Below are positions 12,153-25,639 of a stretch of 64,000 nt of DNA, piece by piece. The stretch comes from Octopus vulgaris. Its lineage: Eukaryota. The notes under the pieces were generated by a model, which worked only from the letters and a program-made list of their open reading frames with translations, had not been told where the DNA came from and ran no database searches. Every line of letters begins with the position of its first letter. Within the stretch, counting starts at the first letter, position 1. The translations under genes and the position numbers were made by a program. The stretch is from assembly GCA_951406725.2 (NCBI GenBank), contig OX597834.1:7068001-7132000 (forward strand), given 5' to 3'.

Positions 12153-12156
<4 letters not shown>
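12050..12156 (+). mobile_element. SINE-B 3' fragment
   Basis: GGTCGACTTTGCCTTTCATCC core plus tail. Confidence 0.8.
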
Positions 12157-12209
<53 letters not shown>

Positions 12210-12472
12210 GAGAAATTATTATGGATTCGCATCAGACACAACTGAAGTGATGGAACGAAATAAACATATTCTATAAAGTGAAGTAAAGTGAATAACATTT
12301 ATTCAAATCACAGTCAGTATTTACTGTGTTGGGATTCCGTTTTCGGGAGATGCAATAACCATTCTTTGAATTTGCTTTATTTACACATCTATCAGGAAGT
12401 GAATTTTTGGGAGAAAAACAAAAAAACCAAAATCATAAAACAAAAACAATCTAACAGTGAAGACAACTTGAC

Positions 12473-12587
12473 CTGCCACTGTTGGTTACGATGTAATACA
12501 TGGCTAACAGAATGGAGAAGGAAAAAGTCAGGGGTAAGAGCAACAGGGCGCTGGTGGAGAAGATGTAGAAAAGCAAGCGAAAGAAAT
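12473..12587 (-). CDS. Candidate internal exon encoding a transmembrane-like segment
   Basis: tttgtttgcttag acceptor, weak AG|gtcaag donor; frame FFRLLFYIFSTSALLLLPLTFSFSILLAMYYIVTNSG. Confidence 0.35.
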
Positions 12588-13143
12588 CTAAGCAAACAAA
12601 CCATTGATGAACAAGAAAAAGACGTGTAACAAAGAATCATGGGGAAATACTTATCGCCTTTCATTTACCTATTTGCTTATTTGATTATTTCTTCCTCATT
12701 TTTCATTTTCTTCCTGTCTTATTTTTTGTACCACCTCATCTTCCAGTTGATCTTCTATTTCATCTCATTTTTCCTGTCGCATTTCTGCTAAACGGCATAT
12801 TTTGCTCTCTCTCTACACCTCTGTCTTTTTATTTTTTTATTTCTTTTTTTTTTTCCATTTACCGTTTTTTCCTTCTTCTTCTCAGTCTAAGACTTTCTCT
12901 TGCCTGCTTTTCTCTTCCAGCGGAAAGCCCTTTCTAACCAGACGATCTCGCCCTAGTTCTTTACAGATTCCGTTGAACCAAAGAAACCCATCTAAATGAT
13001 ATAGTAGAAGACACTTGCTCATAGTGCCAAGCAGGATCGCTGCTCTTATGAGCCTATGCTTTGGGAAGGATCTTTGATTCTTTGATATATGTTAAATTGC
13101 CAGAGATTCTTGTGATAAGGAAAACAGCACAGTTGCATTAAAG

Positions 13144-13600
13144 AGGCACAGGTGTGGATGTGTGGTAAGACGCTTGCTTTCCGGTCACATGGTTCCGGGT
13201 TCTGTACCACTGCTTGGCACCTTGAGCAAGTCTCTTCTATTATAGCCGTGTGACGACCAAAGACTTGAGAGTGGATTTGGTTGACGAAAACTGAAAGAAG
13301 CCCATAGGATATGTGTGCGCGTGTGTATGTATGTATGTATGTATGTATGTATGTATGTATGTGTGTGTGTGTGTGCGTGTTTGTCTTTGTATCTGTGTTT
13401 GTCCATTACCACCGCTTTGCAATTTTAGTTGGTGTTTTTAGCGTCCCTGAACCTTAACGGTTCGGCAAAAAGACACCGATAGAATTAAGTAGTAGACTTA
13501 AGAAGAAACGTAGTGGAGTCGATTCATCCCACTAAAAAATTCTCCAAGGTGGTGCTGCCCCAGTATGACCGCAGTCTAACGACAGATACGAGGGAGAGAC
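13144..13600 (+). mobile_element. SINE-A (diverged)
   Basis: Matches the family head GGCGCAGGAGTGGCTGTGTGGTAAG and the CCTTGGGCAAGT block. Confidence 0.8.
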
Positions 13601-13614
13601 AAAAGCTAGATACC

Positions 13615-14015
13615 ACAGGAGTGGGTCTGTGGTAAGTAGCTTGCTTACTAACCACATGGATCTGGGTTCAGTCCCACTGCGTGGCACCCTGGGCAAGTAT
13701 CTTCTACAATAGCCTCGGGCCCACCAAAGCCTTGTGAGTGGATTTGGTAGACGGAAACTGAAAGAATCCCATCGTATATATGTATATATATATATGATAG
13801 ATCGTTAGCCACTATACACATTTTTTCTCTCCTTGTTTTTTCTGTGTCCCTTTCTGTAGAAGAGCGTAGGCTCGAAACGTAAAATACTTTTTCTATTCCT
13901 GAGCGCTATACTAATACATCTGTTTGTTTTGTACACCACCTGTCTTCGTCTTTTGTTTTTTTCGTAAACTTTCCCTATATACATACATACATACATACGT
14001 ACATATATACATACA

Positions 14016-14060
<45 letters not shown>

Positions 14061-14258
14061 TTGTGTGTGTGTATGTGTGTGTGTGTGTTTGTGTGTCTGT
14101 GTTTGTCCCCCTAACATCGCTTGACAACCGATGCTTGTGCGCTTACGTCTCCGTAACACCAGCGGTTCGGCCAAAGAGACCGATAGAATAAGTACTAGGC
14201 TTACAAGGCGGTGCTCCAGCATGGCCGCAGTCAAATGACTGAAACAAGCAAAGAGCAT
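13615..14258 (+). mobile_element. SINE-A interrupted at its internal (TA)n by a family A hammerhead element (13797-13978)
   Basis: SINE 5' half ends ~13795 and resumes ~14060; hammerhead motif 13850-13886. Confidence 0.8.
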
Positions 14259-14342
14259 ACCATTCACCGCATATTGATAACATTCTATTCCGCTAACACA
14301 ATCGTCGCTTCTCTATCCGTGCTGTATTTTTGATCATTCCCG

Positions 14343-14680
14343 TCGTTTTCAATATAAAATGCAAAGACTATATTACTGGAAAATAAAATAATTCAGCCGG
14401 ATTTGAAAACAGCACGACATCATTGTTGGAATCTATTTCTTCTAACCGCACACTGTTGTAAACACGCACGCACACACATACTCACGCACACACAGAGATC
14501 ATGCATATGTTCCTACACAGACACGCATACAGACACTCACACATTTAATTGATTATGTGTTTACATCTGTCTGAGCAAAGATGCGTTAGACCGAAACAAT
14601 AATATCTTGCTGTTTTCAAATCCGGTTGAATTATTTCATTTTCCGCCAATATTGTCTTTGCATTTCATATCGAGAACGAT
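14343..14680. repeat. Diverged ~85-bp inverted repeat
   Basis: 14343-14428 vs 14594-14680 (ATAATTCAGCCGGATTTGAAAACAGCA / TGCTGTTTTCAAATCCGGTTGAATTAT). Confidence 0.8.
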
Positions 14681-14756
14681 AAAATAATAACAGACAGAAA
14701 TAAGTACTCGCTTCAATATAATAAACTAAAAAAAAAAAATTGTTTTAAAACACATT

Positions 14757-15132
14757 GGCGCAGGAGTGGCTGTGTGGTAAGTAGCTTGTTTACCAACCAC
14801 ATGGTTCCGGGTTCAGTTCCACTGTGTGGCACCTAGGGCAAGTGTCTTCTGCTATAGCCTCGGGCCGACCAAAGCCTTGTGAGTGGATTTGGTAGACGGA
14901 AACTGAAAGAAGCCTGTCGTATATATGTATATATATATGTGTGTGTTTGTGTGTCTGTGTTTGTCCTCCCAACATCGGTTGTGTTCATGTCCCCGTAACT
15001 TAGCGGTTCGGCCAAAGACACCGATAGAATAAGTACTGGGCTTACAAAGAATAAGTCCTGGGGTCGATTTGCTCGACTGAAGGTGGTGCTCCAGCATGGC
15101 CGCAGTCAATGACTCAAACAAGTAAAAGAGTA
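14757..15132 (+). mobile_element. SINE-A full length
   Basis: Head to AAACAAGTAAAAGAG tail. Confidence 0.9.
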
Positions 15133-15524
15133 TAGAGACGGTGCTCCATTATGAGTGCAATCTGATGAGTGAAACCAAGCTGGAGTAAAGAACGGTTATG
15201 GCTGCGAGGAAGCTCTGGCTTTGTGTTGAGGCGTAGGCATGGCTGTGTGGTGGAGCAGGCGTGGTTGGGTTCCGGGTACAGTCCCACTTTGTTGCACCAT
15301 GGGCAAATGCCTTATTATAACTTCGGGCCAAACGAAGCCTTGTGAGTGGGTTTAGTAGAGAGAAACTGAAAGAGCCCCTAATGTATACGTACATACATAC
15401 ATACATCTGCATTTTTTTTACTCCTGGACCCATAAATGCATGTATATATATATACATATATATGCAGGTATGTACATATATGTATGTATATATGCATATA
15501 TATATTATTTATATTATATATATA

Positions 15525-15774
15525 AAATTAAAACCAAAATGAGGGTGAAAAATAGGATATTAATTTAATAATACCAATTTAAATTAAATACCAATTTAAC
15601 ACCAGTGGTTTAGCGCATAAAAAACTGAGATTCAGTAAATATTATTAATACACATATGAGAGAGAATCCACTATATGGACGGCCTTACGCTATAGAGAGA
15701 TCCGCATGTGGTTGAGACTCATGCGGATCTCTCTTTAGCGTAAGGACGTCCATATAGTGGATTCTCTCTCATAT
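15525..15774. mobile_element. Family E fold-back element (near-perfect ~54-bp hairpin 15654-15774)
   Basis: Shares the AGGGTGAAA..ATTAATTT..CCAGTGGT end with 46155 and (partly) 16795. Confidence 0.75.
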
Positions 15775-15782
15775 TTATATAT

Positions 15783-15816
<34 letters not shown>

Positions 15817-16033
15817 TGTTAAGAACGTAGTAGAGTACAGTATAAAGCTCGCACACACACACTCACACGGACATACAACACACACATCTATATATATATA
15901 TATATATATATTTATATACCGAAGTAAACACATAAATGTGAAACAAGGTGGAAAAAAAGTATTCAAATACCAGAGGTAGAGTAATATGCTTTATTTAATA
16001 TATATATATATATATATATACTTATATACATAC

Positions 16034-16134
<101 letters not shown>

Positions 16135-16159
16135 TACGTATATCTATACACATACATAC

Positions 16160-16788
<629 letters not shown>

Positions 16789-16794
16789 TCAGTA

Positions 16795-17407
16795 ACAATA
16801 AAGGGTGAAATTAATTAATTTGGAATAATTATTATTTACACCAAGTAGATTTCGGCATGTAAAAGCCTCATTCGAGGAAAATTTAAGTAATACTAAGCAA
16901 TTAAGGGTTTAGCAACGAATTGCCTCACCACACACCGAATTTAGAAATAGCAGTCAAAGAGTTATAGCTATTCTTTCTACTAAAAGGGAGATCTCAGTAA
17001 AAATACAGCACTTGAAAGGCAAACACAGACAGGTAAGAGAGAATGAAATGACGGCAATCTATCATACAATTTTAAGTCACCTACGGACGTACGTTTCGAA
17101 ATCAAGTTTTAGGAAAGCATAAGAATTAGAAAATTCTAGCCTTACCCAAACTTCTTTTCTCATCAGCGTAGGATACTACAATTATGAATAATTGTATATT
17201 AAATTGTATGATATTAAATTGTACTTAAAATTGTGTGATAGATTGCCGTCATTTCATTCTCTCTTACCTGTCTGTGTTTGCCTTTCAAGTGCTGTGTTTT
17301 TACTGAGATCTCCCTTTTAGTAGAAAGAATAGCTATAACTCTTTGACTGCTATTTCTAAATTCGGTGTGTGGTGAGGCAATTCGTTGCTAAACCCTTAAT
17401 TGCTTAG

Positions 17408-17412
<5 letters not shown>
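16795..17412. mobile_element. Family E-related fold-back element with ~190-bp near-identical inverted arms enclosing a hammerhead
   Basis: Arms ~16888-17077 and ~17223-17412; flanked by (TA)n on both sides. Confidence 0.88.
17080..17172 (-). ncRNA. Canonical type I hammerhead ribozyme
   Basis: CCUACG-CUGAUGA-GAAA...UUUC-GAA-AC(GUAC)GU-C-CGUAGG: intact core, GUC site, 6-bp stem I, long stem II. Confidence 0.85.
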
Positions 17413-17440
<28 letters not shown>

Positions 17441-17443
<3 letters not shown>

Positions 17444-18490
17444 AATCCAAACGGGAAAACAAAAAAACAACAACAGTGGAACAATTACAGTATTATTATT
17501 AATAGGCGCTCAGGAAATATGGAAGCAGGAAGGTATGACGTTTCGAGCGGAGCTCTTCGTCGGAAACATAAAGAAGGAAGAGAGAGGAAAGAAAGATCCC
17601 AAAGTGGGCAACAGGAGATGGAGAAAAAAACGACTGGTGTTTACGAAGTACACATGGTGAAAGGCGGAAGTTTACGATAACAAGAGCAAAGTAGGTTTTT
17701 AAAGCCAAAAGAGTGGAGACCAGGGTTGGTAACGCAACAGATGTGTGTGTATGTGTGAGTGTGTGCGTGTGCGTGTGTGTATGTGTGTGTGAGGCGAGAT
17801 AAAAAACAAAAAATATATGTATGTGTTAGTGTGTGCGTCTGTGTGTAGGCGTGTGAGGTAGGGCGAACAGTAGTAGGCAACAGACAAGTGGTCAGTAGTA
17901 AGACAATGGAGGAAGGAGGAAGGGAGGAAGGGGAAGGGGTGGGGGCGTATGTAGCGTGCCAGCGTGTGTTGAGTAGTAGTGTGTGTGTGTGTCCAGTGTC
18001 GTGGTAGTATTAATGGCGAGTATATTTGAATGTGTGAAGAGTAATGTATATATTTAAGCAATGTGTGTGTGTGAGTGGGTGTATGTATGTGTGCGCGCGT
18101 GTGTAACAAAAAAGGGGGGTTAAGGAAAAAGGACTCCAGCTGAGGGGAAGATGGAAGAGTGGTCCCGCGGAGACGGGCGTGGGAGAACCCAACGACAGGC
18201 GACGGTCCCAGGAACGAGCGGGAGGTCTCGTCGGGTCCAAGAGCGAGGTGCATGCAGCGCGTATGCGTGCGCGAACCGGCGCAAGCGCGTTTTGTGCGCG
18301 CGCCTGCGAGTGTGCGCGTAAGTATGTATGTGTGTGGATGTGTGAGTGTGTCTGTGTGTATGTCTGGGTGTCAGTGTGTCCGATGAATGTATGTGAGTAT
18401 GTGTGTATATATGTGTGTGCATAGATGTATGCCCGTGTGTGTGTGTGTGTATGTGTATGAGTGTGTATGTATGTACGTGTGGGTGTGTGG

Positions 18491-18531
<41 letters not shown>

Positions 18532-18696
18532 TGTGTGTAGGATGCATGTATGTGTATGGGTGTATGTATGTATGTGTACGTGCGTGTGTGTGTGTGTATG
18601 CGTGTAGGTGTGCGCGTGTGCATGCATGCATGCATGTGCGTATGTGTGTGTGTGTGCATGTGTGTGGGTATATATGTATGTGCGTATATGTGTGTG

Positions 18697-18700
<4 letters not shown>
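17441..18700 (-). mobile_element. Family B element with extended CA-rich upstream region
   Basis: Same terminus as 3308 copy; hammerhead motif 17533-17567; extent uncertain. Confidence 0.55.
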
Positions 18701-18741
<41 letters not shown>

Positions 18742-19045
18742 GTATATATATATATATATATATGAGACCAACAGACATACATACATTATTATATGAATAT
18801 GCCGCACATGGTAGACACATAACCCAACCCCTCTCTCCCACTTAAAGAAAAATTTTATGTAAACCCACGTTTTCGGTTATGGGGATACCGATTCTGAAAA
18901 AAAAATTGGCGAAAATTTCAATGCCCCCCACCCCTATTTCTACATTTTTCACTTTTTTCAGAATCTTTTGGGGAAATATGTAGAAAAATATGGAGATTAT
19001 GATTCTGAAAAAAAAATGTTTGTAAAATTTCTATTTTTCGGAGAG

Positions 19046-19084
<39 letters not shown>

Positions 19085-19794
19085 AAGTAAGTAAAATAAA
19101 ACAACCCTCACCTCCTGATTCTACGACCTTCAAGCAGGCTATCCACATGCTAGAAATAACTGCCAAATCTCATAGGAAATTTGTTAGGCGAAAAATACTG
19201 CAATAAAATAATGAATGAAATATGACATTAATCTACTCACCTTTCTGCAAAGACTTCTTTCAGAGAAATTTCCCGCAGTGAAATGAGGAATACTGTGATG
19301 AATTATAAAAAAGTGTTAGTTGGAGATTTGACTTATTTCTGTACTCTTATCTTTTGTAACTTACAAGTACATTTTGTAAAAAAAACAACAAAACACTTTC
19401 AGTTATATACCTCATTCTATTGCAAACATGAATTGTAAATTGGCTTCAACAAAACGGAAAGATAATTTTAGTAAATCAAAAATAGAAAAAAATTAATTAG
19501 CTATATTATATTTCTGATTTTAGAATTTTTTTGTTCAATACAGAGAGGATGGTTAATGATAATAATTTCAGAACTTTTCACAGAGCAAAATAGATATTCC
19601 AAAGTCATGGCAACGTACGAGGTGACTAATTAAAAACTAGGGGATTGTTGATATGTTTTGGTCTGAATTTCTACGGGTCCAAAAGTCAAACCCATTCAAC
19701 CATTTAATGTGTTGCATTAGCGACATCAATTACAAACAAGAACTGATAGACAGGGAGGGAAACCAAAACGTGGGTTTTTCTGAAAGCATGCCTC

Positions 19795-20113
19795 TTACAG
19801 TCATGTGATTGCGGCCGTGCTCGAGCACAACCGTTGGTCGAACGAATCAACCCCAAGCTTTAATTCTTTGTAAGCCTAGGACTTGTTCTATCAGTATATT
19901 TAGCCGAACCACTAAGTATTGGGTACTTTTTTTTTTCCGATCGAAATAAAGAAATAGGTACTTAAACACAGCAACATCGGTTATCAAACAATGGTGGTGG
20001 TGGTGGTGGACAAACACAAACACACTCACACTTATATACACATATATACAACAATCTTCTTCCAGTTTCCCTGTACGAAATCCACTCACAAGGGTTTGGT
20101 CGGTCTGAGGCTA
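19795..20113 (-). mobile_element. SINE-A diverged fragment
   Basis: AAATCCACTCACAAGG and GCGGCCGTGCT blocks. Confidence 0.7.
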
Positions 20114-20239
20114 TTATATATATAGTTAGTCTACACAGTATCAAGGTCTGATATAATATATACGTAACATATGGTATAATCATAAACTGTGCAAATCTTT
20201 ACCCATATATATGTATACATACATACATACATACATACA

Positions 20240-20307
<68 letters not shown>

Positions 20308-20534
20308 AGGCGGCTGAAGAAGGGGAATTTTCTTTTGCTGTATGTCTTGTACTCTATTTTATCATAGTTTAAGGAAAATGTCCATTTCCTTGGTTTTGCG
20401 ATTATGTTTTCGTTTCTCATTTTGTTCGACGTATTTTTGGTGTCCTGTACCCATATATGCATGTATATATACCTATAGATGTAGGTACGTACATATATGT
20501 ATGTATATATGCATATGTTTTATTTAATAATTTG

Positions 20535-20574
<40 letters not shown>

Positions 20575-20577
<3 letters not shown>

Positions 20578-20852
20578 TCATGTGCTGAAACAAAAGCAAT
20601 TGCAGCACGGAAGGTGCTTATTAAAAGATGCATTTAAAACACACACAAAAACCGTTAGATTCGTTTCAGCATTAAAATTCAATTTATCAAACAATTTTCG
20701 TCGCTTTGCAACCGCGATCTGTTCACTGACAAAAATTCCGCGATACAGCACGAAAAGATTTTGACAAATTAAATTTAAATGTTGAAGAGAATCTAACGGA
20801 TTTTGTGTGTTTTTAAATGGCTTATAAACACCTTCCACGCTGCAATTGTTTA
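20575..20852. mobile_element. Family C fold-back element; mutated G3-C8 hammerhead copy 20683-20733 (-)
   Basis: Homologous to 1771-2025. Confidence 0.8.
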
Positions 20853-21160
20853 TATATATATAAATAGATGATTGTATTTTTACCTTGTTAACAATTAACT
20901 CGGAAAAAATAAATAAATAGTTACCAGGGTAGCAAAAATCTCACAAGTAAAGATGCTGTAACTCCTTGTTTATAAAGGTAGAGACCTTGTGTTTACGTGG
21001 AATATTTTGAATGATATATGAATAAATAAATATGTCGAAAGTAAAAATATTTGATTTACACCTGCGTTAAACTCCATTTATTTATTCATATATATATATA
21101 TTTTCCTTCGAAATTAGGTATATATATATATTTAAAAAAGATGTGGAACACGAGTTGTGA

Positions 21161-21479
21161 TATATAAAAAAAGAAATGAAGAAAATGCTGACAAAATAAT
21201 TTAAGTAATTTAAGTAATTTAATTAGGTGTAAGTTCTTTTTACCGGTTGCGCATTTGTTATGCTTATCAAAAGATATTTTTTAAAGAGAGATAGAGTTCT
21301 TTTCTGATAGATTTTTCCTTTTACAGATAAGAGGAAAAAATCTATCAGAAAGGAACTCTATCTCTCTTAAAAAAAATATCTTTTGATAAGCATAACAAAT
21401 GCGCAACCGGTAAAAAGAACTTCACCTAATTAAATTACTTAAATTACTTAAATTATTTTGTCAGCATTTTCTTCATTTC

Positions 21480-21489
<10 letters not shown>
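21161..21489. repeat. Fold-back palindrome with ~157-bp arms, adjacent to (TA)n
   Basis: 21161-21319 is the near-perfect reverse complement of 21332-21489. Confidence 0.92.
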
Positions 21490-21515
<26 letters not shown>

Positions 21516-22054
21516 CTGTTGATTAGTTCTTGAGTTTTAATATTGCACACACACAAATACACACATACATACGTACAGGCTGATAGACACACCATCTCAG
21601 TTTCATATACTCACATATATATGGATATGTATTTACACTCACATGCACACATGCAAATATATGTACATATATACACACGCTCGCATATGCATACGCAGAT
21701 GCTCGCGTGTGCATTCATTTATATACCCATATATACATGCATACATACTTACATATACATATATATGTATGTATGTATGTATGTAGATACATAATTCATA
21801 CTTATGACTATGATTGCGTCATTGTGTCTGTGTTTGTCTCCCACAACCACCGCCTGAGAACTGCTATTGGTTGCTTACATATCCGTAAACTGAAGCGCTT
21901 CGGCAAAAGAGATCGATAAAAAGGTATCAGGCTCAATGAAATATAAGTACTGGGGCTAAGTAATTCGACAAGAATTCTTCAATGCAGAGACCTCCGCATG
22001 GCCGCAATCTAATGACTGAAACAAGTTTAAGATAAAAGATTTATTATTTTTTTT

Positions 22055-22372
22055 TTATTTATGCGCCCTTTTCAAGCCTAGCGAGGCTCACGGGCCCGGT
22101 TTCCCGGTTTCTGTGGTGTATGTGTTCCCCCCTAGCTGAACGGTACGCCAGTCCATCTCAGCGTTACCCAAGAAACAGGAAGAAAGAGTGAGAGAAAGTT
22201 GGGGCGAAATAGTACAACAGGGGTCACACACACCCCCGCCGCTGCCGGAGCCTCGCGGAGCTTTAGGTGTTTTCGCTCAGTAAACACACACAACGCCCGG
22301 TCTAGGAATCGAAACCGCGATCCTCCGACCACGAGCCCCTTGCCCTAACCACTGGGCCATTTGGTCTCCACA
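22055..22372 (-). mobile_element. tRNA-derived SINE-C with tail type 3
   Basis: Head TGGCCCAGTGGTTAGGGC..GGTTTCGATTCC; tail GATGGACTGGCGT..GCTTGAAAAGGGCGCATAAATAA. Confidence 0.85.
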
Positions 22373-22617
22373 AAGATAGAAGATAGTAAACGGATATTTA
22401 ATATCTGTATATTAGCGTCACCGTGTTTAGATTACAATGATTTTGTACTGGAATGAAATTAGAATCGTATAGTTTCGTCTTTTTAAAGACTCGTCCCTGA
22501 TTGCTTATTTGTATCTTATAATTTGTATCGTATAACCTACTGAAGGGAAGTATCACAGAACTCTTTAAGCCCTTTGCAAACTTATTTATATTTTCATGCT
22601 ACAACATTTCGATACAT

Positions 22618-22842
22618 TTAACCCTTTCATTACCATATTTTGAGATGCTCTGTGTTTCTTACAATTACTTTAAATATAGCAAAGAATTTAATAAAATAAC
22701 TTAGTTATCATTCAGCTAGTGTTAAGAACATAAATTGTGACTAAGGTTTGGTGGAAGATTTTAATTCAAAACTTATGAAAACAAGACAGTTGTACTACAG
22801 AGCCAGAGGCGGTTTTGGCCGGGTTGGTATCGAAAGAGTTAA
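22618..22842. mobile_element. piggyBac-like MITE
   Basis: TTAA|CCCTTTCATTACCA ... TGGTATCGAAAGAG|TTAA. Confidence 0.65.
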
Positions 22843-23596
22843 AGGGTGTACAACATTACATCAATTTCTGAACACTTTTGCAGATAATAAAAGAAAGAAG
22901 AGATTATGAAGTTGAATTAAAAGAAAAATAATAGACAAAGCCCGCTTGCTTTTGTATGCATTAATGATGCTTGTCGTAGAGAGAACCTTCAAGTTCGCTA
23001 CATTAATTCAATCTTCATCAAAATATCTCAAATTGTTTCGATCGGTTAACACGTGCCAGACTTCATTTCCTGTCATTTAGAAAGCATTGACGAACGTTAA
23101 TTGATGTCATAGACCACGTGACTACCGGAAAACCTGCCGAACACAAATTCGAAGCATTACGGTCATATTTCTGTCAATTTGCTGATGTGCTGTGTTAAAC
23201 GATTCAACCGAATCTGGGTTCGGAAATGTATTTATATTGACCTTACACCTAAAAAGCTTATATCTTATTCAACATATTCTTAACACAAAGGTGTACAGAG
23301 CACTTTTATAGTTCTCTACCACAAAATAAACAAACGGCAGCAATAGCTACAATACACCGCCTTAGAAACACATGTATACATACATACACACACGTATGCG
23401 ATGTGTGAATAGTTTGAAAAGTACTACAGTTTGGTAATGTACAAATAAAATATATTTATCCATTTAAAACTTTTGAATGGCAGTAGAACATTGCAAACGG
23501 AGAATTGAATTGCTGCCTAATTCTGTTGGAAGTCGCTAGCTTTTGCCTGAAGTGAGTGCGTTTGACTGCATTGTGCGCACATGTAATATAATTGTA

Positions 23597-23676
<80 letters not shown>

Positions 23677-24023
23677 CATGTATATATGTATATATGTATA
23701 TATATACATACATATATGTATATATGTATATATATATATATGTATATATGGTGTGTTGTGTGTGTATGTATGCATATTATATATATATATATATATAAGA
23801 TATATATTAAAATTATACAGATACATTTATACACATATACTTACATGTATGTACGTAAACGTATGCATTAACACACATGCACACACGCAGGAGCATATAT
23901 ATATTTAGATATGCATACACATATATAGGTAAATGTACTATAAACACGCTCACATACACACACACACACACTGACACACACAAACACACACACACATGCG
24001 CTCAGACACACAAGTACGTACAC

Positions 24024-24113
<90 letters not shown>

Positions 24114-24128
24114 TATATATATATATAT

Positions 24129-24212
<84 letters not shown>

Positions 24213-25215
24213 ATATATATATACAACCTGCCTGTTAACATTCATAATGGCGAAAAGACATTTGTCATTTGCAGCGTTGGTTGGGTTTATTGTCTTATTT
24301 CTAGTTAAAGAAAACTTCTTGCCACTCACTAAAATATTGCCAGAGTTGTAAGTTAAAATCCATTATCGTATTATATCTAAAAATGGCCGGTCTGGTGCCA
24401 TGCCATGATGACACCTCATGGAACAGAACGAAAGCCAGGGTTAACAAATCTTTTAACAGCAGAAATATCGGTTAGTAAAAAGAAAAATATAATAAAATAA
24501 CCGAAAATAGAAAGATAGAAAAAAGAACATGTTAAGAAAAGATGAATCATTCAGCGGTAAAAACTTTCTGACATTTGCCAGCAAGATAATCATGGAAATA
24601 TAGTGTTAGTAAAGCTAATGATGATAAATAACTCAGCTTGTTGCTTATTATTTTGCCATCTACAATGAAATATCTTCCATTGCATAAGTCACTGGGACCG
24701 TAGAGGCCATGTGTAGGTTATTGTGTTTTGAAAATATTTATGGTTTTATGAAAGACAGAGTTATTGTGAGAACCATGGGTGGAGGTGAATGTGTTAGACA
24801 ATTTTAACAATATCACTTAGTCTGGCTTTGCAGAAAATCTTACTTTGAAATGTAGAATACGGAATGTGGTGAACAAAAACAGAGAAACCTTTTAAAGGTA
24901 TTGATACAAGAACAGGCCTCGTTGTGTAACAGCTGGAGTTGCTCTGTTCTCGTGAACTTCGCGTTACTCTGCTCAACCTATTACCGCAGAGATTTCGCTG
25001 CTTCCTTCAGTAAACAAAAGAGCGATGGGAGGGGGGAAATACTTAAAGCAGGACCAGAATAGTAAGAGCTAGTAAGAAAAGAAGAGAGGTATATGTACTT
25101 GGTGACTACAGTCACAACTACAGAGAAGAGGTCATTTTGATAGCAACAGATATCAAAGAAAGAAGAAAATATGTACATGAGGAACGTGGTGTACAAAAAC
25201 AAAAAGCCTAACCTA

Positions 25216-25618
25216 TACTCTTTACTCTTTTACTCTTTTACTTGTTTCAGTCATTTGACTGCGGCCATGCTGGAGCACCGCCTTTAGTCGAGCAAATCGA
25301 CCCCGGGACTTATTCTTTGTAAGCCCAGTACTTATTCTATCGGTCTCTTTTGCCGAACCGCTAAGTGACGGGGACGTAAACACACCAGCATCGGTTGTCA
25401 AGCGATGCTAGGGGACAAACACAGACACACAAGCACACACACACACACATACACACAGACACACACACACACATATATATATATACATATTCACAAGGCA
25501 TTGGTCGGTCCGGGGCAATAGCAGAAGACACTTGCACAAGATGCCACGCAGTGGGACTGAACCCGGAACCATGTGGTTGGTTAGCAAGCTACTTACCACA
25601 CAGCCACTCCTGCGCCTA
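25216..25618 (-). mobile_element. SINE-A
   Basis: Near identical to 57948-58378 with an internal deletion. Confidence 0.9.
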
Positions 25619-25639
25619 TCGAGAATATTTTTCATAAAG

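Noticed and set aside
15161-15176. CTGATGAGTGAAAC hammerhead-like string
   Set aside because: No stem II, no NUH and no stem I pairing
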